Assembly: GCA_963665125.2 (NCBI GenBank)
Contig: CAXXUK010000001.1
Span: forward strand, 1,440,001 to 1,504,000
Length of the DNA: 64,000 nt
Direction of reading: 5' to 3'
Origin: an uncultured Desulfarculus sp.
Lineage (GTDB): Bacteria > Desulfobacterota > Desulfarculia > Desulfarculales > Desulfarculaceae
Position numbers and translations under genes: made by a program. This document shows, one piece after another, positions 9,509 through 18,773 of this stretch. The first letter of the stretch is position 1; every line of letters starts with the position of its first letter. Under the pieces are notes generated by a model. It worked only from the letters and a program-made list of their open reading frames with translations, was not told where the DNA came from and did not search any database.

Positions 9509-10867
9509 ATGAAAGCAACGGCGCTATATAACGGAATAAGCGGCATCAAATCGTTTGCCGAAGGCATGGAAAGCGTTTCCGACAACCTGGCCAACACCAA
9601 CACCGTGGGCTTCAAGGCCTCGCGGGCCGATTTCGCCGATACGCTATCGGCCCAATTGGCCACCGGCGACAACATGGTGGATGTGACCACCGACCAGGTC
9701 GGAACCGGCTCCCTTGTCGACATGCAGATAATGATGACCCAATCGTCGTTTGAGTCCACGGACAACGGCCTTGATCTTGCCATTGACGGCGGAGGTTTCT
9801 TTACCGTGCAGATGCCCGACGACGACGCGCTCTATTACACCAGGGCGGGCCAGTTCGGCATCGACGGTACGGAAGGCCAGCAAGGATACATTATCAATCA
9901 GGAGGGATACCGCCTCCAGGGCTTTGCCGTTGATGACGAGGGCGAACCGGTGCTGGGCGCGTTGATTGATCTGCAAATCCCCATGGACCCCCTTGCCGCC
10001 GACGCCACCAACAACGCCCAGGTTGCCGTGAACCTCGATCCTTCGGACACAAAAACCAATCATGTGGCCACCGATATAGACCCCAGCGACGCGGACACAT
10101 ACAACTACAGCACCACCATGCAGATGTACGATTCCGAAGGCAACGTGCATAACATGGTCGTATTGTATCAGCAGGTCGACGACTACAGCGGGGCAAGCCC
10201 GTCCGGCACCACCGGCGTCTGGAAGGCATCGGTCTTTGAATCGGCCGACGGCGAATTGACGGCCAATCCGGCCGCGCCAAACAACACCTTTTATCTGAAC
10301 TTCACCAGTTCGGGAGCCCTGGCCGGCACCACGAGTTCCAGCGGCGTCGTGGACACCGGTGGCGAGGCCGGATTCGTGTTCGACTTCGGAACAGCCGGAA
10401 CCCAGGCGGTGACCGTGGACTTTGCCCCTAACGACGGCGAAACAACCACCCAAATGGCCTCGGGCTATGAAAACAACGATTACGACCAGGACGGCTATCC
10501 GGAAGGAACCCTGGCCGGGGTGGAAATTGGCGATGATGGCAGCATAACCGTTACATACGACAACAATGAAGCGGTTGTCATCGGATTCGTGGCCCTGTCC
10601 CAATTCGCCAGCCCGGAAAGCTTGGCCAGACTGGGTTCCACGCTTTGGGCCGCCACCGACGATTCGGGAGTTGCCCAAACCGGCGTACCAGGCAACGAGG
10701 ATCTTGCCATGGGCGAAGTCAACAGTTACGCGTTGGAGACCTCCAACGTCGACATGGCCGATGAAATGACCAACATGATTTGGTACCAGCGGGCCTACCA
10801 GGCCAATTCCAAATCCATCACGACCTATGACGAGATCCTGCAAAAGGCCCTGAGCCTCAAGACCTGA
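9509..10867 (+). CDS. flgE: Flagellar hook protein FlgE (stand-alone copy)
   Basis: SDNLANTNTVGFKAS, DLAIDGGGFF, YTRAGQF, LETSNVDMADEM..QRAYQANSK motifs. Confidence 0.9.
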   Translation: MKATALYNGISGIKSFAEGMESVSDNLANTNTVGFKASRADFADTLSAQLATGDNMVDVTTDQVGTGSLVDMQIMMTQSSFESTDNGLDLAIDGGGFFTVQMPDDDALYYTRAGQFGIDGTEGQQGYIINQEGYRLQGFAVDDEGEPVLGALIDLQIPMDPLAADATNNAQVAVNLDPSDTKTNHVATDIDPSDADTYNYSTTMQMYDSEGNVHNMVVLYQQVDDYSGASPSGTTGVWKASVFESADGELTANPAAPNNTFYLNFTSSGALAGTTSSSGVVDTGGEAGFVFDFGTAGTQAVTVDFAPNDGETTTQMASGYENNDYDQDGYPEGTLAGVEIGDDGSITVTYDNNEAVVIGFVALSQFASPESLARLGSTLWAATDDSGVAQTGVPGNEDLAMGEVNSYALETSNVDMADEMTNMIWYQRAYQANSKSITTYDEILQKALSLKT

Positions 10868-10936
10868 TAACCGTCTTCGAGCCGAAACCAAAAACCGAGG
10901 CATCGTTCCCCGGTTTTTTTGTCCCCACCCCACGGC

Positions 10937-11584
10937 TCAAAGGCCGATCAGGGCCATCACGCCGTGGATGTCGGTGTAGTCGGCGATCGACTGCCCGTAT
11001 TCAAAGCCGTTGCCAACCAGGACGAAGTTATAGCCAAGTTTTGCCGAGGCCTTCATGTCCCAGTCGGCGTCGCCGAAATAGGTCTTGGAGGCGCATTGCC
11101 CGCAGCCGCCCCGCCTGGCGGCGGTTTCCATGATCGTGGTCCGGCTGTAGTGGTCGTCGGAGGTGGCGATCGGAATGTCCGCGTAGCTTATGCCCGCGGC
11201 CCGCAATTTCAGCTCCGCGGTTTGCAGCCAGCCGCCTGTGGCCAGGGCCAGACTGACATCGCTACGGGCGGCCAGGGCGGCCAGAAACTCCCGCGCCCCG
11301 TCTATGGGCTCAACGCCGTGTTTGGCAACGTATTCGGCGATGCGCTGGATGAACAGCTCCTTGATGGAGCCGAAGACACGCTCGCGGTCCTGGCGAACGT
11401 CGTGTTCGTCCAGTATCTGGCCCAGAACCCCGTCGTCGGTGACGTGGGTGTAGCGGTGCCAGTCGGGTTCGATCTTCGTTCCCAAGACGTCCTGCACCGA
11501 CGATTGAAAGCAGTCCAAGTCGAATCCGGTGGATTTCACAAGGGTCCCGTCTATGTCGAACATGACAAGGTGCATCGTTTTCAA
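10937..11584 (-). CDS. HAD family hydrolase
   Basis: FDIDGTL motif I, ATGG motif II, YFGDADWD motif. Confidence 0.88.
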   Translation of the reverse strand: MKTMHLVMFDIDGTLVKSTGFDLDCFQSSVQDVLGTKIEPDWHRYTHVTDDGVLGQILDEHDVRQDRERVFGSIKELFIQRIAEYVAKHGVEPIDGAREFLAALAARSDVSLALATGGWLQTAELKLRAAGISYADIPIATSDDHYSRTTIMETAARRGGCGQCASKTYFGDADWDMKASAKLGYNFVLVGNGFEYGQSIADYTDIHGVMALIGL

Positions 11585-14500
11585 GCCAATGAGATATGTT
11601 CCAAAAATTGCCGGGCGCCGGCCAGAGGCTCCTGATCCGGTTCCAGCTTGAGGTTTACCTTGCCGTCGGGGTATACCCGCAGCTTTTGGGGCTCGTTCTG
11701 GGCCATGGCCAAAAGCCGGTCCAGGTTGAGCCGGGACGTCTCGCTGAAAAACACGGTCAGCGACTTTTCGGACAGATCCATGCGGCTGGCGCTGATGCTG
11801 CGCAACATGGCCTTGAGTTCCACGGCCGTCAACAGGTTGGCCACCGGTTCGGGCAAGGGGCCGAACCGGTCCTGCAATTCGCCGGAAATGGTGGATATTT
11901 CCCCGGCGTCCTTGGCCGAACCGAGCCGCTTGTACAGCGACAGGCGAAGCTGTGCGTCGGGTACGAATGCCTCGGGCAGGCTGGCGTTCATGGCCAGGTT
12001 CATTTCCGGCTCGGGCCCTTCGGCCGGGGCCTCGCCCTTGAGCCGGGCTACGGCCTCCTCCAGCATGCCCAGGTACAGTTCGTAGCCCACCTCGGCGGCC
12101 ATGCCGCTTTGGGCCTCGCCCAGCATGTTGCCCGCGCCGCGGATCTGCAAGTCATGCATGGCAATGGCGAATCCCGCGCCCAGCTCGGTGAAGTCCATCA
12201 GGGCCTTGAGGCGTTTGCGGGCGTCGCCGCTCAGGGACGACTCGCTCTTGATGATCAGATGGGCGTATGCCCGCTGGTTGCTGCGCCCCACCCTGCCCCG
12301 CAACTGGTAGATCTGGCTCAGGCCAAAACGGTCGGCGTTGTTGATGATGATGGTATTGGCGCTGGGAATGTCCAGGCCCGACTCCACAATGGTCGTGCAG
12401 ACCAACACGTCCACTTCCTTGTGGATGAACTGGAGCATTACCTTCTCCAGGGCCTTTTCGGCCATCTGGCCGTGGGCCATGCCCACCTTGGCCTCGGGCA
12501 CCAGGCTCTGGACCATGACGGCCATCTTGGCCAGATCCTGCACCCGGTTGTGCACGAAGAACACCTGGCCTTCCCGGCCAAGTTCCTTGCGTATGGCCGC
12601 GGCGATGCCGGCCGGGTTGAAATTGGACAGATACGTCTTGATGGCCTGACGGTCCACCGGCGGCGTGTTGATCACCGACAGGTCCCGGATTCCCGAAAGG
12701 CTCATCTGCAAGGTGCGGGGAATTGGCGTGGCCGTCAGGGTCAGGACATCCACCAGGCGGCGCATCTTCTTCAGGCGCTCCTTGTCCTTGACGCCGAAGC
12801 GCTGTTCCTCGTCCACGATGACCAGCCCCAGGTCCTTGAACACCACGTCTTTTTGGATAATGCGGTGGGTGCCCACCAGGATGTCGACCTTGCCCTCTTG
12901 CAACCGGGCCAGAATTTCGCGCTGCTGGGCCGCGGTCTTGAAGCGGCTCAAAGACTCCACCATCAAGGGCTGTTCGCCCAGGCGCTGGACCAGGGTTTGG
13001 TAATGCTGCTCGGCCAAGACCGTGGTTGGCACCAGAAACGCGGCCTGTTTGCCCTGCATGGCCGCCAGATAGGCCGCCCGCAGAGCCACCTCGGTCTTGC
13101 CGTAGCCCACGTCGCCGCAGATCAGGCGGTCCATGGGCTTGTCGGAGATCATGTCGCCGATGACCTCCTCGATGGCCTGGGCCTGGTCCGGTGTCTCCTC
13201 ATACGGGAAGCCCGCCTCGAACTCGCGGTATTCCGAGTCCGGCGGGGCGTAGCGGTGCCCCTTGGCCACCTGCCGGGCCGCATACAGCTCCACCAGATCG
13301 TGGGCAATGGCCTCCACGGCCTTCTTGACCCGGCTCTTGGTCTTGACCCAGGCCTTGCCGCCCAGACGATCCAGGGCTGGAGCCGCGCCGTCCGGGCCGC
13401 GGTACTTGCTTATCAGGGCCATGCGGTCGGCGGGCAGATAAAGCCTGTCGCCGCCCTGGTAGGCGATCTCCAGGAAATCGCTTTCCGCCGCGCCAACGGC
13501 CATGGTCCTCAGGCCCAGATAGCGGCCCACGCCGTGGTCCACGTGCACCACCAGATCATCGGGGCTCAGGTCGTCCAGAGCCGCCAGCATGGCGCTGAGG
13601 CTCTTGGGCGCTTTTTGGCGTACAATCCGGGGCGTGCCGAAGACTTCGTCCTCGGTGACAAAGCAAAGGGGCCTGTCCTCGGGCTCGAATCCGGCGGTAA
13701 GCGTGCCCAGCATCAGCATCAAGGCGTCTTCCGGCCTACCAACAACGCCGGTGGCCTCAGACGCCCGCTGGATCACCTTCAGCGGCACCTCCCGCTCGCT
13801 TAAAAGCTCGGCCAAGCGCTGGACCTGGGACTTGGACCGGCAGACAAAGACCACCTGCCGCCCCTGCTCGTTCTTTTGGGCCGTCCAGCGCACAAAGCGC
13901 CCCAACAGCGATCCCTCGCCTTCCCGGTTCAACTCGGCCCGCAGGCCGATGTGGCTGGCCGAGCGCAGGCGAACGGCATTTTCGCCGCCCTCGCGTCCGC
14001 TCAGATCCAGGGCCCGGCATCCCAGACGGGGCCCCTGGCCCAGGCGCTCTTCCACCTGTTCGGGCGTGCGCATCAGCATGGGCGGCGGCAGGACAATAGA
14101 GCCGCTCTCCTTGGCCTCGGCGTATTCGGCGGCCATCTGATCCTTGACCCCGACCAGCCGCTTTTCCACCTCCGTGGGTTCCACAAGCACCCGCAGACAA
14201 CCCTCGGGCAAATACTCAAACAAGTCCGCAGCTCTTTGAAAATACAGAGGTAACAGAGTCTCTATTCCGGGGAACGTGGCCCGCCGCTCCATCTTTTCGA
14301 TGAGTTCGGCCAGCCTGCGGGCGCCCATCTTTTCTTCAACGGCGATCTTGCGCAGCTTGCCCACGGCCTCCTTGACCGCATCCTCGGACAAATCCACCGG
14401 ATGGCAGGGCATGGCCGTGGCCTCTGAAATGGGCAGGTGCGAGCGCTGGTCGGCCGGGTCGAAACGCCGCACGCTGTCGACTTCATCACCGAAAAACTCC

Positions 14501-15102
14501 ACCCGCACCGGCTCGTCCATCAGCGGGCCAAAGAAATCAACCACCGAACCGCGCACCGCGAAATCGCCTACCTGCTCCACCAGGGACACCGAGGTGTAAC
14601 CTCCGTCGATCAGGGCGCCCACCAAAACGTCGCGGTCCAGCACGGCCCCTTTTCGGATGTCGATGGAGCGGTCCAGCAGGTGTTCGGGCGGGCAAAGCCT
14701 ACCGGCAATGGCCAGGGGCGAACTGACCACGATCAGCGGCAGTTCCGCGGCGATCAGCTCCCACAATACAGCCAGCCGCCGGGCCGTGACCTCGGCGGGC
14801 GGGTCCACGCCCTGGTACGGCGAAACCTCGTAGGAAGGAAACAGGCGCACCGGCGAACCCGCGGCCAAATCCAGGAAGAACTCCAGGTCCCGCTGGAGCG
14901 TCTCGGCTGCGGCCAAAGTAGGGCAGACCACCAGCATGGACCGGGGGTTGTGGAGCCAAAGCCGGGCAAGGGCAAAGGCCCGGGCGGCGCCCTCAATGCC
15001 GTTGAGCATGGCCTGGCCGTGGTCTTCCAGTGCTTCGGCCGCCAGGGCCAGACCACCCCGAACGGTCCACGGGTTTTCGGGTATTTGCATTGAATCGCTC
15101 AT
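11581..15102 (-). CDS. mfd: Transcription-repair coupling factor
   Basis: UvrB-like N-terminus, CarD-like VVHVDHGVGRY, GDVGYGKTEVA, DEEQRFGV, TATPIPRTL, QLRGRVGRS and C-terminal TRCF domain. Start uncertain (15102 or 15141). Confidence 0.97.
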   Translation of the reverse strand: MSDSMQIPENPWTVRGGLALAAEALEDHGQAMLNGIEGAARAFALARLWLHNPRSMLVVCPTLAAAETLQRDLEFFLDLAAGSPVRLFPSYEVSPYQGVDPPAEVTARRLAVLWELIAAELPLIVVSSPLAIAGRLCPPEHLLDRSIDIRKGAVLDRDVLVGALIDGGYTSVSLVEQVGDFAVRGSVVDFFGPLMDEPVRVEFFGDEVDSVRRFDPADQRSHLPISEATAMPCHPVDLSEDAVKEAVGKLRKIAVEEKMGARRLAELIEKMERRATFPGIETLLPLYFQRAADLFEYLPEGCLRVLVEPTEVEKRLVGVKDQMAAEYAEAKESGSIVLPPPMLMRTPEQVEERLGQGPRLGCRALDLSGREGGENAVRLRSASHIGLRAELNREGEGSLLGRFVRWTAQKNEQGRQVVFVCRSKSQVQRLAELLSEREVPLKVIQRASEATGVVGRPEDALMLMLGTLTAGFEPEDRPLCFVTEDEVFGTPRIVRQKAPKSLSAMLAALDDLSPDDLVVHVDHGVGRYLGLRTMAVGAAESDFLEIAYQGGDRLYLPADRMALISKYRGPDGAAPALDRLGGKAWVKTKSRVKKAVEAIAHDLVELYAARQVAKGHRYAPPDSEYREFEAGFPYEETPDQAQAIEEVIGDMISDKPMDRLICGDVGYGKTEVALRAAYLAAMQGKQAAFLVPTTVLAEQHYQTLVQRLGEQPLMVESLSRFKTAAQQREILARLQEGKVDILVGTHRIIQKDVVFKDLGLVIVDEEQRFGVKDKERLKKMRRLVDVLTLTATPIPRTLQMSLSGIRDLSVINTPPVDRQAIKTYLSNFNPAGIAAAIRKELGREGQVFFVHNRVQDLAKMAVMVQSLVPEAKVGMAHGQMAEKALEKVMLQFIHKEVDVLVCTTIVESGLDIPSANTIIINNADRFGLSQIYQLRGRVGRSNQRAYAHLIIKSESSLSGDARKRLKALMDFTELGAGFAIAMHDLQIRGAGNMLGEAQSGMAAEVGYELYLGMLEEAVARLKGEAPAEGPEPEMNLAMNASLPEAFVPDAQLRLSLYKRLGSAKDAGEISTISGELQDRFGPLPEPVANLLTAVELKAMLRSISASRMDLSEKSLTVFFSETSRLNLDRLLAMAQNEPQKLRVYPDGKVNLKLEPDQEPLAGARQFLEHISLA

Positions 15103-15210
15103 TGCCAAAACATAACCCAGGCGCCCGCCCGCGGCAACCATAAGCCAATGCTGGGCCTATTGTCGCAGTTGCGGTATACTGGGGCCTCCACAATAAGAGG
15201 AAATATTGAC

Positions 15211-16278
15211 GTGTCGGACCCGATCAAAATCAACCAAGCAGGCGCGGGCCACAACCAGGCCCTGCGCACAGCCGTAACCTTGTCAGTGCTCACCGGCCGC
15301 GCCATCGAATACAACGGAGCGGTTGACGAAGGCTCCAAGCCCAAGCCGGGCATGGGCCCCGGCATCGTAACGGCCGTCAAGGCCGCCGCGGCCATCAGCG
15401 GCGCCAGCTATGAGGCCCGCATGGGTCAAACCGAGGGCCACCTCAAACCGCGTGAGCCCCGGTCGGGCGACTACGTATTCGATGTGGCCACCCAGCGCAA
15501 GAGCGCCGCGGCCATCAGCCCGATCATGCTTTGCCTGCTGCCGATCCTGGCGGCGTCGTCCGGCAAGAGTTCGCTCATCGTCACCGGCGGCACCCACATC
15601 CACGGCGCGCCCACCAGCGATGAAATGCGCTATGTGCTCATGCCTACGCTCAATGCTTTGGGCCTGGCCGTGTCCTACAGCGAAATCGCGCCGGGTTTCC
15701 TGCCCGTCGGCGGCGGCGAAGGCGAATTGCAGATCAAGGGCCCGGCATCTTTCCTGGGCATCCACGCCGAAAACCCCTTCCGGCCCGAAAACCTCAACCT
15801 CGAGGTTGTATCCTCCGGCCTGCCCGTACACCTGGCCGAAATGGCCTTGCAGGGGGCCTTGGACCGGCTGGAGGTAAAAGGCATCAAGGCCAAGGGTAAT
15901 ATCCGGCGGGCCAGGGGCGGCCACGGTCTTTCGGTGCTGGCTTGGTCCGACGGCAACGGCTACAGGGTCGGTTTCAGCGCCCTGGGCCACCGCGGCGGCA
16001 GGCCCGAAGCTGTGGCCATCCAGGCCGTGGAAGGTCTGATGGCCTTTTTCCAAAGCGGCGCGGGCATGCCCATAAACCAGGCAGCCGACCTGCTGGTGCC
16101 CCTGGCCTGCGCCCAAGGCATCAGCCGCATCAGGCTGGGCGGCCTCAACCAGCCGATCAAGGCAGCCGCAAGGGTCATCGAACAGTTCTGGCCCGGCACG
16201 GTTCAGCTCAAGGACCGCCACTACGACACCCCCGCAGAGGTGCGCATCATCGGCCGGGACTTTGGCCGCAACGTCTGA
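15211..16278 (+). CDS. RNA 3'-terminal phosphate cyclase-like protein (degenerate active site)
   Basis: QALRTAVTLSVLTGRAI, GGTH..GAPT, GFLPVGGGEG and FSALGHRGGRPEAVA match the RtcA fold. GTG start after AGAGGA. Confidence 0.8.
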   Translation: MSDPIKINQAGAGHNQALRTAVTLSVLTGRAIEYNGAVDEGSKPKPGMGPGIVTAVKAAAAISGASYEARMGQTEGHLKPREPRSGDYVFDVATQRKSAAAISPIMLCLLPILAASSGKSSLIVTGGTHIHGAPTSDEMRYVLMPTLNALGLAVSYSEIAPGFLPVGGGEGELQIKGPASFLGIHAENPFRPENLNLEVVSSGLPVHLAEMALQGALDRLEVKGIKAKGNIRRARGGHGLSVLAWSDGNGYRVGFSALGHRGGRPEAVAIQAVEGLMAFFQSGAGMPINQAADLLVPLACAQGISRIRLGGLNQPIKAAARVIEQFWPGTVQLKDRHYDTPAEVRIIGRDFGRNV

Positions 16279-16295
16279 TCAAACCACGTAAAAGT

Positions 16296-16338
16296 AAAAA
16301 CCCCGGCGGGTCAGAGGCCTGTCGGGGTTTTGTTTTTT
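16296..16338. terminator. Bidirectional terminator between rtcA-like and motB
   Basis: AAAAACCCCGGCGGG...CCTGTCGGGGTTTTTGTTTTTT. Confidence 0.7.
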
Positions 16339-16353
16339 GCGTGATTTGGGCGT

Positions 16354-17100
16354 TTAGTCCACGGCCAATCGGGGCGGTTGTTTGGTGAAGATAAACTCCA
16401 CCCGCCGGTTCTTGATCCGGCCGGCCTCGGTACTGTTGGCGGCAATGGGATAGTTGCTGGCAAAGCCCACCGCGGTCAGGCGCTGGTCGCTGATTCCCAG
16501 GGAAATCAAATACCGGAGCACCGCCGATGCCCTGGCCGCGCTGAGTTCCCAGTTGGATGGGAATTGCGCCGTGCTTATTGGTTGGTCGTCGGTATGGCCC
16601 TCCACGGTAAGGTAAAAATCAAACTTTTTCATTACCTTGGCAATACCCTTCAGCAGATTTTTGGCCTCTTCCCTGACCACAACACCGCCGGCGCCGAACA
16701 TGAGATGTCCCTTTACCCGCAGGCGCACGCCGTTGCTGCCCGCGTTGACGTTGACCATGCTGCCAAGCCCCTGTTCGTTGACGAAGTTCTTTACTTCCTG
16801 GGACATCTGGCGGGCCTCGGCCGCGGTCCGGGCCTGGCTTATCCTGGCGCTGGGGCTGGCGACCTTGCCCATCTGGTCCTGCTTGGCCAGTTCCTTGGGC
16901 ATCACGGGCTGAAATTCGCCCTTGACGTCAAACTGCACGCCAAAGGCCTGCTGCACGGCGCCCAACATCTCTCTAAACTCCTGGACGTCGATATTGGCCA
17001 TGGATAGCAGCAAAACAAAAAAGGTCATCAACAGCGTGGACAGGTCGGCAAAGGTGGCCATCCAGGGAGGAGCGCCTTTTTTGATTTTTTTCTCCGGCAC
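16354..17100 (-). CDS. motB: Flagellar stator MotB/PomB
   Basis: WMATFADLSTLLMTFFVLL transmembrane motif; OmpA domain EGHTD, NWELSAARA, NRRVE. Confidence 0.93.
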   Translation of the reverse strand: MPEKKIKKGAPPWMATFADLSTLLMTFFVLLLSMANIDVQEFREMLGAVQQAFGVQFDVKGEFQPVMPKELAKQDQMGKVASPSARISQARTAAEARQMSQEVKNFVNEQGLGSMVNVNAGSNGVRLRVKGHLMFGAGGVVVREEAKNLLKGIAKVMKKFDFYLTVEGHTDDQPISTAQFPSNWELSAARASAVLRYLISLGISDQRLTAVGFASNYPIAANSTEAGRIKNRRVEFIFTKQPPRLAVD

Positions 17101-17103
17101 GGC

Positions 17104-17886
17104 CTAACCCTTTTTCTTGGCCATGGCCTTGGCCTGCAGTTCTGCTCTGTCCGAAGGCGGCATAAAGCCCATCAATCGCTGTTGGATCTGTCTGGGGTTC
17201 TCATTGCGGGCCATGCCCATGGCCCCTTCCACGATAAGCTTTGAGTTTTCGCTTTGGCGCGCCATGCGTTCTTCAAGTTTTGCCGCGCCGGGCGTCAGCA
17301 GGAAGTTGGCCCATAGTGCGCCATACAAAGTGGTAAGAAGGGCAACGGCCATTGCCGGGCCGATTGAACTGGGGTCGGCCAAGTTCAAAAGCATGATGAC
17401 CAGACCGATGAGCGTGCCGATCATGCCCCAGGCCGGTGCCAGTTCAGCCATTTTTTCCATGATGCCGATGACCTCGGCCTCTCGGGTTGATGCGGCCTCG
17501 GATTCGATTGTCAATACGTGGCGGATATCCTCGGGGCGCATGCCGTCGGCCACCAATTGAAAGGCCGTACCTATGAACTCGCTGCTGGGTTTCATTTTTT
17601 CCAGGGCCAGCGGACCTTCCTTGCGCACCGCGTCGGCGGCCTTGAGCAACTCGCGCACCGTGCCCACATGGTCAATGCGGGGAGTAAAAAAAATGCTGAT
17701 TGATGATTTCATGGTCCGGATAACCGCACTCATGGGAAAGGCCACAAGCGTGGCCGAAAAGGTGCCCCCCACGACAATGAGCAGCGAAGAAGAATCAATA
17801 AACGCCAGCAAGCTGCCCTTGAGCACGATGCTCAAAAGCACCAAGGCCATGCCAACTACAATGCCGATAATTGTGCCGAGATCCAC
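17104..17886 (-). CDS. motA: Flagellar stator MotA/PomA
   Basis: MDLGTIIG, APAWGMIGTLIGLV, GPAMAVALLTTLYGA motifs. Confidence 0.93.
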   Translation of the reverse strand: MDLGTIIGIVVGMALVLLSIVLKGSLLAFIDSSSLLIVVGGTFSATLVAFPMSAVIRTMKSSISIFFTPRIDHVGTVRELLKAADAVRKEGPLALEKMKPSSEFIGTAFQLVADGMRPEDIRHVLTIESEAASTREAEVIGIMEKMAELAPAWGMIGTLIGLVIMLLNLADPSSIGPAMAVALLTTLYGALWANFLLTPGAAKLEERMARQSENSKLIVEGAMGMARNENPRQIQQRLMGFMPPSDRAELQAKAMAKKKG

Positions 17887-17910
17887 CCGGTAGCTCCTTG
17901 TACGTGAAAA

Positions 17911-18678
17911 CTAGTTGCCGATAGTTTGCTGTAGTTCCTCTAGTGTAATCTCACGTTCTGCTGGGGCATTGGGGCCGGTGCCTAGCAGTGCGTCCATATC
18001 TGAAGGCTTTTTATTTTCCGTTGGTTTTCTGCCGTGCATCAGGCTGCTGCGGCCAACGTCTCTGCTTTGTTGCTGAACCTTTTGGGCCGGAGTTGAGCCG
18101 CCGGGGAGGCCCTGGTCATCCTGACCTGTTTCCGCTTCCTGTGCCGGCTTTTTGGTTTTCGATCCGGTATCGCCCAGAAGTTCTTTTCTGTCGCGTTGGT
18201 TCCGTGTGCCAAGCACGGGGTCATCGTGGGTAAAAAAGCGTTTGTCCGCGCCGGCGGAACGGATAATGTAGTGATAGCCCTCCGAGGAGATAAACTCAAC
18301 CCTTACGGGGTTTCCCCAGGCGTCCTTGACATCGTTGCGAGGACCGAGCCTTGGCATCATGCCGGTTTTGGCTCTGCTTTTTTCCAGTTTGTTCTGTAGT
18401 TTGACCATCACCTTGACGGTATAGGAATCAAGAGGGGCCTCAATGGATATACCGTAGCGCAGCAGCTCGGCCTTTGCGGCGTCGTAGGCCTCTGTCTCTT
18501 TATATTTATCCAATTTCATGACCAGGCGGCAGGCTTCCAACTCGTTGTCATCGCTGATGAAAAATTTGACCTGTTCCATGATCTCATCGACCGCTTCCTG
18601 ATTTGCGCTGGCCGCCAATGGGGCGCACAAAAGCAGTAGCATGACAAATGACGCTGTAAATTTAGCTAGTTGAGGCAT
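17911..18678 (-). CDS. Exported hypothetical protein with a GspG-C-like segment
   Basis: Signal peptide; DAWGNP...IRSAGADKRFFTHDD resembles the T2SS pseudopilin G C-terminal motif. Confidence 0.55.
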   Translation of the reverse strand: MPQLAKFTASFVMLLLLCAPLAASANQEAVDEIMEQVKFFISDDNELEACRLVMKLDKYKETEAYDAAKAELLRYGISIEAPLDSYTVKVMVKLQNKLEKSRAKTGMMPRLGPRNDVKDAWGNPVRVEFISSEGYHYIIRSAGADKRFFTHDDPVLGTRNQRDRKELLGDTGSKTKKPAQEAETGQDDQGLPGGSTPAQKVQQQSRDVGRSSLMHGRKPTENKKPSDMDALLGTGPNAPAEREITLEELQQTIGN

Positions 18679-18773
18679 AATGAATGTACCGGATACAAGC
18701 GATGTTTTCCTGGATATCAAGATTTATTATAACGCGCAGCCAAGCGCCTAGCTATGGCAAAGCAGCGACAGGC

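Noticed and set aside
11596..13803. 735-aa plus-strand ORF, and similar long antisense ORFs over flgE, trpS and rtcA-like
   Set aside because: These are shadow frames of GC-rich genes with no motifs of their own.
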